In this document: positions 9,456 through 18,892 of the stretch, in pieces | Layout of the letters: each line of letters begins with the position of its first letter | Numbering within the stretch: position 1 is the stretch's first letter | Source of the DNA: a virus | DNA length: 64,000 nucleotides | Virus record (IMG/VR): IMGVR_UViG_3300009161_000003 | Location: 32,001-96,000 of that record | Reading direction: 5' to 3' (one strand) | Position numbers and translations under genes: made by a program | Notes under the pieces: model-generated | The model's input: the letters and a program-made list of their open reading frames with translations, nothing else | Told to the model about the DNA's origin: nothing | The model's database searches: none

Positions 9456-9845
9456 TTATTTTTGCTCAACTATAGGCTTGAGTTTTTCTAAGATAAATTT
9501 TAATTTTGCATCTGAGTATAAGTCTGCCAACTTTGGCTGTTCAATTTGTTGCTCACAATATAAGATAATATCATTAACAATAGCCATTGTTTCTTCAATA
9601 TAGTTAAAGGCCACATCTCTAGAATCTGATAAAAATTTAATAAAGTTTTCTTGGGTTTCATCTGTTTCATTTTTAATTAAATCTAATTGATCTTTTAAGG
9701 TTTCAGAAAAAGCCTTTAATATTCTTTGATCAAGAACAAATTGTTTTAATAATGTTTTTAATGTATACACCTTATAGGACAAGGATACAATAACACACAT
9801 GCTTAAAAATAATCCAGTAAACGTAATTAAATTAAAGAACTGCAT
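9456..9845 (-). CDS. membrane-anchored coiled-coil hypothetical protein
   Basis: N-terminal TM; ENFIKFLSDSRD.AF.YIE motif. Confidence 0.6.
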   Translation of the reverse strand: MQFFNLITFTGLFLSMCVIVSLSYKVYTLKTLLKQFVLDQRILKAFSETLKDQLDLIKNETDETQENFIKFLSDSRDVAFNYIEETMAIVNDIILYCEQQIEQPKLADLYSDAKLKFILEKLKPIVEQK

Positions 9846-10335
9846 CTAATAACTCATTTCTTTGTGCGTGTGTTGGCCAATAGTAATTGCATTTTTCACA
9901 ACATGGTTCATTATATAAACTAATTGTTGCATACTGATACTTGTTATAAAAAATAGGATCTTTTTTAAATAGATTGGCCTTATGGGTTGTTGTAATACGC
10001 ATTACTTCATTATCGTTAGACCAGAACATTGGTGGAGTCTTTCCCCATCTACCCGAACATTTTTCTTTAAGATCATTAAGGTTGTTCTCATTGTTTATTG
10101 TTTTGATACCGCGAACCTTAGCCTCTTTTATCATATGCTGTATATAGGACCACAACCCCGTCTCATAGCCCTTCCACATAAGCACGGCAGGGTGATTACG
10201 CCATGCTCCAGATGGTGACTCTCCTGACAACACCTTGAGTATTTGATACCCCTCAAGGATCTGTTTGTTAAGTCTTTTATTGTCTAAAGATTTTGCGGTA
10301 TATGAAATGTCACTGGACGGCAAAAATGTTTGCAT
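9832..10335 (-). CDS. pyrimidine-dimer DNA glycosylase (DenV/MSMEG_6728-like)
   Basis: MQTFLP, LDNKRLNKQILE, HPAVLMWKG, H.ANL..KD...Y. Confidence 0.85.
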   Translation of the reverse strand: MQTFLPSSDISYTAKSLDNKRLNKQILEGYQILKVLSGESPSGAWRNHPAVLMWKGYETGLWSYIQHMIKEAKVRGIKTINNENNLNDLKEKCSGRWGKTPPMFWSNDNEVMRITTTHKANLFKKDPIFYNKYQYATISLYNEPCCEKCNYYWPTHAQRNELLDAVL

Positions 10336-10442
10336 CAAACAACCTTAAGAGTATTGCAACGAGTACAGCCAACATATGTATTTCCAGTAAATGGACATGC
10401 TCCAGCATCTACAAAGACATGCCCTTTAATCTTACAAATCAA
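10335..10442 (-). CDS. small Cys/His protein (DUF1660-like; not in ORF track)
   Basis: ICKIKGH...CPFTG...CTRC; TGATG-coupled to the downstream gene; start uncertain (TTG). Confidence 0.55.
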   Translation of the reverse strand: MICKIKGHVFVDAGACPFTGNTYVGCTRCNTLKVV

Positions 10443-10447
10443 TATTT

Positions 10448-10684
10448 TTATAATGGTTTGCCACCCGTCCTAACTAACATAACTATAGCCCCATTTTCTT
10501 CTAAGGCTTTTTTAACCCTTACCATATATTCTACAGCAACTCTTTTATCTCTGTCAAATAAATTCATAAAACTTTTTTCATCTGCCCTTACTGTAATGAA
10601 ATGCTCATTATCAATAATGTCTACACCAAATCCTTGTGGAGGAGTAAGGGATCTAACTGCTCGCTTCATTGCATCTGTATACAT
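10448..10684 (-). CDS. hypothetical protein
   Basis: ORF in tight operon with GAGG RBS. Confidence 0.7.
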   Translation of the reverse strand: MYTDAMKRAVRSLTPPQGFGVDIIDNEHFITVRADEKSFMNLFDRDKRVAVEYMVRVKKALEENGAIVMLVRTGGKPL

Positions 10685-10685
10685 T

Positions 10686-10967
10686 TTACCTCATTGTCAA
10701 ATTCTGCCATATTTCAGACCATTTAGATTTTGTTTTATGACTATTAAACTCTCTAGATATTTTACCTTTGTCTAAATAAATACCGCCCCAAATTCCATAT
10801 TCTTTCTGTGATACACCTACAGCAAAACATGTTGCTGCGACTGGACACTTTAGGCAAACACTGTCAACACCATGACGAATATCTGGAGTTTCTTCATATT
10901 TATCAAAAAATAGATTTGTATCAAAGTCTTTACAAGCAGCACTTTCTTTCCATAAGTGTTTATTCAT
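10686..10967 (-). CDS. whiB: WhiB-family Fe-S transcription factor
   Basis: W...AAC, CxxCPV...C and YGIWGG motifs. Confidence 0.93.
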   Translation of the reverse strand: MNKHLWKESAACKDFDTNLFFDKYEETPDIRHGVDSVCLKCPVAATCFAVGVSQKEYGIWGGIYLDKGKISREFNSHKTKSKWSEIWQNLTMR

Positions 10968-11175
10968 GCTGTTTGTACTTATCTGGCATAGTCCAGCCGT
11001 TACGGTTTGCTACATATCTTTTTTGAATATTCCATTTATTATTTTTATATACTCCGTTTTTTTCAAAGGCAGCAGAATCTAATGGAGTTAGTTCAAGAAC
11101 ATCCCAACCATCCCAAGACAACTTGCTATTCATGGAAACAATTGATTCCATTTGTTTTAAATTATTTACAATCAT
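10960..11175 (-). CDS. hypothetical protein
   Basis: AGGAG RBS; LSWDGWDV motif. Confidence 0.7.
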   Translation of the reverse strand: MIVNNLKQMESIVSMNSKLSWDGWDVLELTPLDSAAFEKNGVYKNNKWNIQKRYVANRNGWTMPDKYKQHE

Positions 11176-11184
11176 TATTACTCC

Positions 11185-11547
11185 TTAGTATTGGAATGTT
11201 CCAAATTCAAAATCTTGCTCTTGTGCAAGTCTTGCTATATTTGATAGTGCTTGGTTTGGTTTTGATAGATAGGAAAAGTAATCAATTTCATGTAAGTTTT
11301 CTTCGACCCATGTATAATGAACCTTGATAAACTTAACTTTGATTCCTCTAGCCTTTAGATTTCTTTCTGAAACATTGCAAAACTCAGAAGCAAAATCATT
11401 TACATTTGATGGTCCTAATGAATATACAATAAACTCATGATCAGTTTCTTTTAAACCAGACATCATTACACCCATAGAACGAAGGAAAACAGAATACTCA
11501 TCGAACTCATTGGTTCCCTGTACTACGACCTTCATTTCTTTTTCCAT
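11185..11547 (-). CDS. SLOG/YspA-like hypothetical protein
   Basis: MKVVVQGT..F.EY N-terminus resembles SLOG fold; probable start at MKVVV. Confidence 0.45.
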   Translation of the reverse strand: MEKEMKVVVQGTNEFDEYSVFLRSMGVMMSGLKETDHEFIVYSLGPSNVNDFASEFCNVSERNLKARGIKVKFIKVHYTWVEENLHEIDYFSYLSKPNQALSNIARLAQEQDFEFGTFQY

Positions 11548-11920
11548 TCTTTAGGTGATCTAATATATCTAACATCTTTGCTACTTCTTTATTGTCCATA
11601 TTTGTAAAATCAATTGGTTTTGCATTTTCCCTATCGACTTCGCCTTCTTCTACATTTGCTTGATAAAACACATTATTGTTTACCCAGTAAGCAGTTGGGC
11701 CAACAACTAAAACACGAAAGGTATTTTTTTCTTTCAGTTTTGTAGTTTGAGATACACGTTTTATCTCTATACCTTCTGGCAAAAGGTTAGAAATAATACT
11801 GTGAATCCTAGTCTGACTATATTTAATTTTTGGTAAAACTTTTTTTTCTTGTTTCTTTACTGTATAAAGTATAGCCCAAATGCCATAAATTGTCAACAAT
11901 AAAAGAACAATTTGATTCAT
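11507..11920 (-). CDS. membrane-anchored hypothetical protein, leaderless
   Basis: N-terminal TM; TGATACAAT 6 nt before ATG. Confidence 0.7.
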   Translation of the reverse strand: MNQIVLLLLTIYGIWAILYTVKKQEKKVLPKIKYSQTRIHSIISNLLPEGIEIKRVSQTTKLKEKNTFRVLVVGPTAYWVNNNVFYQANVEEGEVDRENAKPIDFTNMDNKEVAKMLDILDHLKNGKRNEGRSTGNQ

Positions 11921-11932
11921 GTATCTATTGTA

Positions 11933-12259
11933 TCACTGTTGCGATAAAATTCTTTTGATTTCATTCAAAACTGTTTTATAAATATCGTCCAACCAAGAAA
12001 TAGCGTTTTCATCAAAAGCCTTTTCTGTTAGTCCAACATCTGGATTATCTTGCAATAAATCAATTATTAAAAATCCTTGTTCCCATAAAAACATTACCTC
12101 ACGGTTTAATTGTGTTTGATGTATATCAAATAGATCTGGATTAATGTCTTTTAGTTTGTCGGTAAAGTTATAAATGGCTTCACCTTCTTCATTTAAACCA
12201 GCATATTCAATTGCACCTTGTTCAATCAAATCTATAAACATAAAGTCTTCTTCTTTCAT
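11933..12259 (-). CDS. hypothetical protein
   Basis: ORF with GGAG RBS. Confidence 0.7.
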   Translation of the reverse strand: MKEEDFMFIDLIEQGAIEYAGLNEEGEAIYNFTDKLKDINPDLFDIHQTQLNREVMFLWEQGFLIIDLLQDNPDVGLTEKAFDENAISWLDDIYKTVLNEIKRILSQQ

Positions 12260-12261
12260 TT

Positions 12262-12837
12262 TTACTCCCTGTAGTCAATGTTAAGAATACATCTAATTTG
12301 TGATTCTTTTGGTGATGTAGATGAATGGTAATATCTACCGTCAAATTTTATTGCAGTACCCATTTTGGGTTCTACAGAATGTAAAACTGGTAAATCTTTA
12401 GGATTGGAAATATCATCTCCAAATTTTTTATCAAAGATGACAGTGTTTCCATCTGCAGAATTAAAGTAATACAGGAACACATTATGGGGAATTGCATTAT
12501 CAACATGTGGATAATTGTAGTTATCATAATCAGACTTAGTTAAGATATTTATCCTAGCCCTAATTACGGTTTTAGGTTTGATATTATGCTTGTCACAAAA
12601 TTTATTAAATACATATTGATATTCATTATTATTTAAATCTTGCACAACTTGAAATGTATTATAGGAATCAGATGTTGCTAGTACTAATGACTTTGGCAGT
12701 TTTTCTCTTTGCCCTGGAATATTCATTATTTCTAGGGCTCTCCAAACTTTCCAGTTTGGTTGATAGTTTGAAAAAATTTGATTAGCAAAATCAACCTGTT
12801 CTTCGTATGTTAAAAAATTGTCATCTTGAATGAACAT
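12262..12837 (-). CDS. 2OG-Fe(II) oxygenase
   Basis: PHVD...LYYFN..DG.T...FDG..YHSS..P....R. Confidence 0.85.
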   Translation of the reverse strand: MFIQDDNFLTYEEQVDFANQIFSNYQPNWKVWRALEIMNIPGQREKLPKSLVLATSDSYNTFQVVQDLNNNEYQYVFNKFCDKHNIKPKTVIRARINILTKSDYDNYNYPHVDNAIPHNVFLYYFNSADGNTVIFDKKFGDDISNPKDLPVLHSVEPKMGTAIKFDGRYYHSSTSPKESQIRCILNIDYRE

Positions 12838-13091
12838 TACTGATACGATTCGCCTTGTAGCCTATTTTCAACAAGTCTTTCTCTTTCGTCGAGGAAAGAG
12901 TAGGCATATGCCAACATCTTTTCTTTTCCAACTGGGTCATTCATAATTTTATTATAATGATGGCTGCAAAACATTAGTTCGCCATTTACTCCAGTTACAG
13001 ACACATATGCCTGTGCTGGACAAGAATCACACCTATCTAAGGGTGTAAGAAGCCATTTGCGTTCAGCGGTTTGCTCAATCATTCTATTCAT
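12837..13091 (-). CDS. actinobacterial-type small Zn-binding protein
   Basis: LT..DRCDSC.AQAY...LMFC.HH; start trimmed to avoid overlap with the upstream gene. Confidence 0.7.
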   Translation of the reverse strand: MNRMIEQTAERKWLLTPLDRCDSCPAQAYVSVTGVNGELMFCSHHYNKIMNDPVGKEKMLAYAYSFLDERERLVENRLQGESYQ

Positions 13092-13092
13092 A

Positions 13093-13278
13093 TTATACCT
13101 TCTTATTGTCGGTGGAGTAAAAACCCTTACTATTAAATTGTACACCAAATGGAGTGTATTGTCTAGTTAGGACACCGTTGCATTTTTCACAAAAATATTT
13201 AGGCTCATCTTCTAAGATAGATCTTTCTTTAGTAAAGTTTATTGCACAAGGATAACATAGGTATTCATATTTTGGCAT
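13093..13278 (-). CDS. FmdB-family zinc ribbon protein
   Basis: MPKYEY.CxxC...CxxC...F.SKGFYSTD. Confidence 0.88.
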   Translation of the reverse strand: MPKYEYLCYPCAINFTKERSILEDEPKYFCEKCNGVLTRQYTPFGVQFNSKGFYSTDNKKV

Positions 13279-13287
13279 AATTTAATC

Positions 13288-13929
13288 CTAAAGTGATGTT
13301 ATTGTTATTTTTAGTTTAGGGCATTTAATAGATTTAATTGCCAAAAATTCTTTTTCATCTACAGAAAGTGACCATCTAATTTTAATTGAGACCCAATTTG
13401 AAATATATTGACATTTATATTTTTCATTTGTTGGCAGCCAATCTGCTGGATCTTGATCGCTTTTAGATCTATTTGATGAACCAGTTACCGCAATTAAATG
13501 TCTTGGGTCTGTTTGATCATTTGCATATAGTTCACGTTTTTTATCATCCCATGCAGAGGCTCCAGAATCCCAGGCTTCTGCAAGTGGAACCATATGGTCT
13601 ACATCTAATTTTCCAGCATCAGTTACTTTTACACTGTCATAAATACTAAACCATTCTCCGCCTTTAATTACACAGCCTTTTTCAACAACTGGTTTAATAA
13701 TTGCTTCTGAAATGATTACTGCTTTTCGTGAGTCGCATCCATTACCAACACCAACCCAGTGCTTAAACTTGGTCCTTACGTAGCCTGTACGATCTTCTGG
13801 GGCCACCTTTAAGGAATTTACTGCCTGATCTATAGAGTTATAGGAAATAGTCTTGCTAGGCAAAGCGTAGGCAGTATTTGTAAAGATAAAACTAATTAGT
13901 AATAAGGCTAAGACCATTTTTGATTTCAT
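13288..13929 (-). CDS. secreted HNH endonuclease (DUF1524-like)
   Basis: Signal peptide ending AYA; LDVDHMVPLAEAWDSGA...LIAV..SSNRSKSDQDPADWLP. Confidence 0.88.
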   Translation of the reverse strand: MKSKMVLALLLISFIFTNTAYALPSKTISYNSIDQAVNSLKVAPEDRTGYVRTKFKHWVGVGNGCDSRKAVIISEAIIKPVVEKGCVIKGGEWFSIYDSVKVTDAGKLDVDHMVPLAEAWDSGASAWDDKKRELYANDQTDPRHLIAVTGSSNRSKSDQDPADWLPTNEKYKCQYISNWVSIKIRWSLSVDEKEFLAIKSIKCPKLKITITSL

Positions 13930-14072
13930 TTTTTTCCTTTTGTTTTAATTGGCTCTCCAGTAATTCTGTCTTTTCTATATCGTTCAGTGCCGTCTTTATT
14001 TAAAGCAACGATATTTCCATCACGCAGAATCATATGGTTAAAACCAATTTTAGTCTTAGCCTTGAATGACAT
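13926..14072 (-). CDS. 48-aa hypothetical protein (MSFKAKTKIGFNHMILRDG...; not in ORF track)
   Basis: Coupled at both ends (TAATG, ATGA). Confidence 0.7.
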   Translation of the reverse strand: MSFKAKTKIGFNHMILRDGNIVALNKDGTERYRKDRITGEPIKTKGKK

Positions 14073-14659
14073 TATTTTGCTGCCTTCTTTGCTACCTTTT
14101 TTGCTGCTGGTGGTGCTAATTTTACTTCAAGAGGAGTTGCTTCTTCACCTTTATAAATTGGACGACCCCAACCAACAATAGTGTTTACTAATTTTTTTCC
14201 ATTATCTTTTACATATGCCCGTGTTTTTTCAGCACACATCCCACCATTACGCTGATCTCCCTTAGCAGATCCAGCAGTATTTCCTTCAACGGTTTGAATG
14301 GTTCCGTCTCCATTGTTTTTAATACATAGACCTACGTGTGAAATTCGGTTAACGCCATCCTCTGGGAAGTCAAAATAAATCCAATCTCCAGGTGTTGGGT
14401 CATCATTACGAGCATCTGCCCATCGTTTATTTTTCTTAAACCAATCTGATGCTTCTACTGTTGAAGCAGATTTTGGATATTTCTTTGGATCTAGTCCTGA
14501 TGTAAATGCAGACCAAGAAACAAAAGACTGGCACCAAGGAAGAAAATTTGCACCTGTCCATTTGCCATACTTTGTTTCATTATCTTTTGGACCTTCAATA
14601 GTCCCTACTTCTTTCTTGGCGATTTCAATGATCGCTTCTACTGTGCCTTTTTCTGCCAT
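14072..14659 (-). CDS. endolysin, CHAP-family amidase/peptidase
   Basis: PWCQSFVSW (Cys), SHVGL (His), TVEGN; AKK-rich tail. Confidence 0.88.
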   Translation of the reverse strand: MAEKGTVEAIIEIAKKEVGTIEGPKDNETKYGKWTGANFLPWCQSFVSWSAFTSGLDPKKYPKSASTVEASDWFKKNKRWADARNDDPTPGDWIYFDFPEDGVNRISHVGLCIKNNGDGTIQTVEGNTAGSAKGDQRNGGMCAEKTRAYVKDNGKKLVNTIVGWGRPIYKGEEATPLEVKLAPPAAKKVAKKAAK

Positions 14660-14707
14660 TTTATTCTCCTTTGTTTGTGTTATATATTATATCATTAATC
14701 TGCATAT

Positions 14708-15268
14708 TTATTGCAGGTCTGGATCTACATGTTGATATTGCGTGGTATGCATTAACAATAAAGTGTATCTTTTTCCATCTTCAATTGGAGTAATTCCATG
14801 CTTCCATTTTTCTCCGTCACTAATAAAAAATACAGCACTATATTTTTTTGGTTTATATTCAAAGTCTAAAACAGGAAAAAAAATCTTTCCTCCTAAAAAT
14901 TCATCATTTAAATAAATTACAGAACTATATTCAATAAATTTTTCTGGATCCTGATCATCAATATGAACCCCTCCAGAACTTCCTACGTTCCATACTGATC
15001 CAAAGGCTTTGAAACATTTAATTTGATTTTTTTCGTTTGGATTTAATTCTTGATGAATTAGGTTTGCTTTTAAAGCATATTTTTTTAAAAGACTAATGGT
15101 TGTTTTGTTATATGGAAATGCTGTTCCTCCGTATCTACTTTTATAATATTCTGGATAAGGATTTATTTCTGAAGGTTTATTGATTTCAGATATCAAAACA
15201 TTAGCATCTTCTTCACTAATAAAGTCATTAATTATAATTGGTTTATCTTTTATAGGCAAGTTAGTCAT
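14708..15268 (-). CDS. prolyl-4-hydroxylase-like 2OG-Fe(II) oxygenase
   Basis: HIDD, VIYLNDEFLGG, HGITPI..GKRY. Confidence 0.88.
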   Translation of the reverse strand: MTNLPIKDKPIIINDFISEEDANVLISEINKPSEINPYPEYYKSRYGGTAFPYNKTTISLLKKYALKANLIHQELNPNEKNQIKCFKAFGSVWNVGSSGGVHIDDQDPEKFIEYSSVIYLNDEFLGGKIFFPVLDFEYKPKKYSAVFFISDGEKWKHGITPIEDGKRYTLLLMHTTQYQHVDPDLQ

Positions 15269-15272
15269 AATC

Positions 15273-15917
15273 TTATTCCTCCCCTGTGGAAAAATATCTT
15301 TTTTCTTTAGGTACGTTATGATACCAATTTGGCAAAGAATATTTTATTCCATCTGTTATTTCTTCAACTTCATGAACATATAAAAAATTTGATGGGAAAA
15401 ACAATATACTTCCAGCCTCTGGTTTAAATGATAAATTTGAATTTTTAAAAACCAAATTACCACCTTTATAATCATCATTTAAATACATCAAAACAGAAAG
15501 AGTCCTAGTGCTTACACCGTGATCTTGATGTGCTGGCAGATATCCAGATTTTTCATACTTAAGTAAATGCATTGCATCATCTCTAGATTTAACATTTAAA
15601 AATGGATAGAGACCCTTATACTTAGAAAGATATTCGTCTAATGGAGAAAATAATTTTTTTGAAATGCTGTAAATTTCATCATAAAAAAAATCATCTTTAT
15701 TTATTTGTCCCTGTGGTATAAAAAATTTTTGCCAACAAAAAAATTGTTCTTTGTCATTCCAAGGAGACCAAGGCCTAGCCATAGTTTTAATAATTTTATT
15801 TTTATTATTTAATATTTTTTTATCTAAATCTTCAACCTCTTTAATTATTTTTTCTGAATCAATAATTGCATTTTTATAATAAACTAATCCTAAATCTAAA
15901 ATTTCAACACTATTCAT
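15273..15917 (-). CDS. prolyl-4-hydroxylase-like 2OG-Fe(II) oxygenase
   Basis: HQD, LMYLNDDYKGG, FPSNFLYVHEV..IT.G.KY. Confidence 0.88.
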   Translation of the reverse strand: MNSVEILDLGLVYYKNAIIDSEKIIKEVEDLDKKILNNKNKIIKTMARPWSPWNDKEQFFCWQKFFIPQGQINKDDFFYDEIYSISKKLFSPLDEYLSKYKGLYPFLNVKSRDDAMHLLKYEKSGYLPAHQDHGVSTRTLSVLMYLNDDYKGGNLVFKNSNLSFKPEAGSILFFPSNFLYVHEVEEITDGIKYSLPNWYHNVPKEKRYFSTGEE

Positions 15918-16762
15918 TATGATACTTCTTTAACTCTAATTGAATCAAAACCAGGAAAATATCTATTTGTTTCTGAATCTAAATTAGAAGTAGTATTTTT
16001 GTATGATACTCCAATATTATCAAATGGCAAATAATTTATATCTAATATGTCAATATTTTTATATTTTTCAAAATTATTTAATTTGTTTTTATTTTTCTTT
16101 AAATAATTAATTGATTCATTGTAATTATGATACAGATCATATGAACAAAAAGAATCCTCTAAATTATTTACTTTTGAAATTAAGTAAAAACTAGACGGAC
16201 ATGAGTATATCTCAATATCATTTGCCATTAATTCTACTGAAAGTAAAATATCTTGTCCATAATATTTTAGATTATTTAAAATAGAAAAAAACTTTATATA
16301 TTTTTTATCTAAAAAAATAAAATTCATATCTACCCAATTATTTAAATAAAAATTATTTGAAAGTTCTTCGTTTTTATTTATTAAAAAATTATTAATAGAT
16401 AAATTAGTTTTTCCCTTTCCAGATATAATTAAATTATTTTTTGATTTTAAAAAATTTGTTAAAAGCATGTCCCAATTATTTATTAACTCTATATGTTCGC
16501 TTATTTCTAAAAAATAATCATAATTGGTTTTTAAAAACGTATATCTATAATGTGGAATCCCTACATGGTCATCCCATCTTACGTGATTATACTTAACATG
16601 ATGATTATTATAAAAATCTTTTTCCCTATTTATATTTGATTGGTCATAAATAAAAAATCTTAATGTTAAATTGCCACTAGATTTTTTTATAATGCTATCA
16701 ACGATTGACTTTAAATTTTTATTCTTATATGAATGAATAAAAATGCCAATAGTTTCTTTCAT
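15917..16762 (-). CDS. GT-A glycosyltransferase, GT60 (Skp1 GlcNAc-transferase)-like, possibly degenerate
   Basis: IFIHSYK...L...V.S; YDYFLEISEH..L..NWD resembles YxLQIDSH.RF..WD; TAATG-coupled start at 16762. Confidence 0.45.
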   Translation of the reverse strand: MKETIGIFIHSYKNKNLKSIVDSIIKKSSGNLTLRFFIYDQSNINREKDFYNNHHVKYNHVRWDDHVGIPHYRYTFLKTNYDYFLEISEHIELINNWDMLLTNFLKSKNNLIISGKGKTNLSINNFLINKNEELSNNFYLNNWVDMNFIFLDKKYIKFFSILNNLKYYGQDILLSVELMANDIEIYSCPSSFYLISKVNNLEDSFCSYDLYHNYNESINYLKKNKNKLNNFEKYKNIDILDINYLPFDNIGVSYKNTTSNLDSETNRYFPGFDSIRVKEVS

Positions 16763-17394
16763 TATAACAATGGGATCCAATGCTGTTGAACAAGACTATT
16801 ATTTGGATCATCTTGAATAAGGTCTGATAGCGGAACAATATCATATGCTAATGTAATTCTTGGTCCTTCCCAATCCCAATCTGCCATAGCATGCCTATGA
16901 CCCATTTCAGAAACAATCATTCTATTATTTACATTATGGTTATCAACATTTTTTCCATGAACAATATAGTGTGTTGTTGATGGTTCTGCATTGATTGAAT
17001 AGTACCCATGAAAACGAGGTGCTGGGAATGGACCATGATCATGCCAATCTAATTTTCCCTTTTTTGTAAAATTAACATTAAACCAACCTTGAACCATAAA
17101 CTTTTGTTTGCTAAAATCAATATCATAGTATTCACAAGCCTCTTTAATTAATTCAGAAAGACCTGTGTATACATTATAAATTTCTGGATTATAAAATTGA
17201 AAAACATTGTAATCTCTCCATTTTATGGTAGAAATACTTTGAGAATCAACAAAGTTATCTGACTTAGGGTCTAATGGAGTAATTCCTTTAATTTGTTCAT
17301 TTTGTATTTCATCGTAAGTTTTAAGCAAAAAACCTTTTAATTTATCAAGATCATTGTCTAAAAATCTTTCAAAAAACTTATGTTCTTTTTTCAT
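16762..17394 (-). CDS. putative 2OG-Fe(II) oxygenase (HxH...H type)
   Basis: WFNVN...WHDH...HGYY...HAM...RITLAYD. Confidence 0.7.
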   Translation of the reverse strand: MKKEHKFFERFLDNDLDKLKGFLLKTYDEIQNEQIKGITPLDPKSDNFVDSQSISTIKWRDYNVFQFYNPEIYNVYTGLSELIKEACEYYDIDFSKQKFMVQGWFNVNFTKKGKLDWHDHGPFPAPRFHGYYSINAEPSTTHYIVHGKNVDNHNVNNRMIVSEMGHRHAMADWDWEGPRITLAYDIVPLSDLIQDDPNNSLVQQHWIPLL

Positions 17395-17424
17395 AACAAA
17401 ACCTTTCTATTTCTAATAAGTATA

Positions 17425-18159
17425 TCATAAATACGTCTTCTTTTGCCATGTAGTTTTTCTGTAATACCCAGTTACATTTGTCCTTCTTTTCTCTTCAGAT
17501 ATATTTTTTTTTGCATACTCTTTTTCATCAATCACAATCTCTTTTTGCCAAGGCTCCCTTTTTATTGGCAGCATCTGGCATATAGGAGTTCCTTTTGGAA
17601 TAATTCCAAAGAAATTCTTTTTTATAAAAATTGGAATAAAGGCAGGCAGACCCCAGATATCTGAATCAACAACGGCAGATGAAGTATAAAATGGTAAATC
17701 ATATCTATTGAATGGATGAGTAATTAAAATAGAGTACCCTTTAGGTGTTTCATAAAACCAATTCATTTTTATACCAAAATGAATAGGATGGCATTCTAGT
17801 GGAATAGCCATATCTACAGCGGGTCTTTTGTCTACTAAAATTATTCCACTATTCCACGAAAGAGAAGGAATTCCATCCTTATCTAATTCTACTAATAGGT
17901 CCTCCTCTAAACAATACATATACCCCATTACCATTGCGTCAAAAAAAGGTAAACAAAGTTTAGTAGACACATTGCTTCCATCTACCCCTCTATCGTTGAT
18001 TGGTGCCAAATCTTTTAATTTATTGCTTGCTCCTCCATATGGAGATAAATCTTTATACCAATCTGGAAGGCACTTTATAGCCTCTACTGGAGGAGACAAC
18101 CTTTTAGTAAAATCAGAAGCACCTTCACTTGCAACAAAAGTTATTTTTTTATTTTTCAC
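17425..18159 (-). CDS. dUTPase-like fold hypothetical protein (DUF6065-like)
   Basis: P.WYK, TKLC.PFFDAM..GY, TPKGYS.L.THP.NR, IPKGTPICQ.LP.KRE.W. Confidence 0.6.
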   Translation of the reverse strand: MKNKKITFVASEGASDFTKRLSPPVEAIKCLPDWYKDLSPYGGASNKLKDLAPINDRGVDGSNVSTKLCLPFFDAMVMGYMYCLEEDLLVELDKDGIPSLSWNSGIILVDKRPAVDMAIPLECHPIHFGIKMNWFYETPKGYSILITHPFNRYDLPFYTSSAVVDSDIWGLPAFIPIFIKKNFFGIIPKGTPICQMLPIKREPWQKEIVIDEKEYAKKNISEEKRRTNVTGYYRKTTWQKKTYL

Positions 18160-18805
18160 TGTACTCCTTTATAATTTTTTTTATAATAACCTTATCTTTA
18201 ATAATGATATCAAATGCTGGAGTATTGTTTTCAATAATAAAAAAACCATCTTTTATCATTGATTCTTGTTTCTTAATTAAAAAATATATCCACTTTGGGT
18301 AAATATGTTTTAGTTTTATATCTATTTTATTTAATTTAATTGTTTCTGGAAAAACAAAAAACGGAGAACTTAAAATATTTCTGATCTCAACATCAACATC
18401 TTCATCAATAATCCATTGTGTATACATCTTGTATTGTGCTAAGTAGCAGTCATCTTTATCTTGTAAAACCCTATCTGATGGATAAAATTGTCTTAGCCAT
18501 GTTTTATCTAATGCATAAATATTATGAACACCTTTTCTTTCAACCCATATGTCTGCATGTGTATGTTGTCTTAAAACAATGTAATCATTTTCTAAGATTA
18601 ATTCTGGCCTTATTCCAAAGTTAAGGGCATAAGCATTAACAGGTTTTACTATATTATTTTTGTATTTACTATTTAAAACCCCTTCAATTTTTGTCCACTT
18701 TCTAGGCACATTTGAAATATTTTGAATTTCATAAAAATCAATATTCGCAGAGTTAAGCCAAAATTTTGATCCAACTATATTGTTAAGCACATTATCATGA
18801 GACAT
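18149..18805 (-). CDS. hypothetical protein
   Basis: 218-aa ORF starting 4 nt after the tRNA 3' end. Confidence 0.6.
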   Translation of the reverse strand: MSHDNVLNNIVGSKFWLNSANIDFYEIQNISNVPRKWTKIEGVLNSKYKNNIVKPVNAYALNFGIRPELILENDYIVLRQHTHADIWVERKGVHNIYALDKTWLRQFYPSDRVLQDKDDCYLAQYKMYTQWIIDEDVDVEIRNILSSPFFVFPETIKLNKIDIKLKHIYPKWIYFLIKKQESMIKDGFFIIENNTPAFDIIIKDKVIIKKIIKEYSEK

Positions 18806-18809
18806 ATTG

Positions 18810-18880
18810 AGCCTCTTGCAGGAATCGAACCTGCACCATCCGCTTACAAGGCGGAAGCACTGCCACTATGCTAAAGAGGC
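18810..18880 (-). tRNA. tRNA-Thr(UGU), CCA not encoded
   Basis: Acceptor GCCTCTT/AAGAGGC; D-loop AGTGG; anticodon stem TCCGC/GCGGA with loop CT-TGT-AA; T-arm GCAGG-TTCGATT-CCTGC. Confidence 0.95.
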
Positions 18881-18892
18881 ATTTTTTTGTTC

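Noticed and set aside
18810-18880. tRNA as the integration site of an island
   Set aside because: No duplicated tRNA 3' end and no integrase seen in the window.
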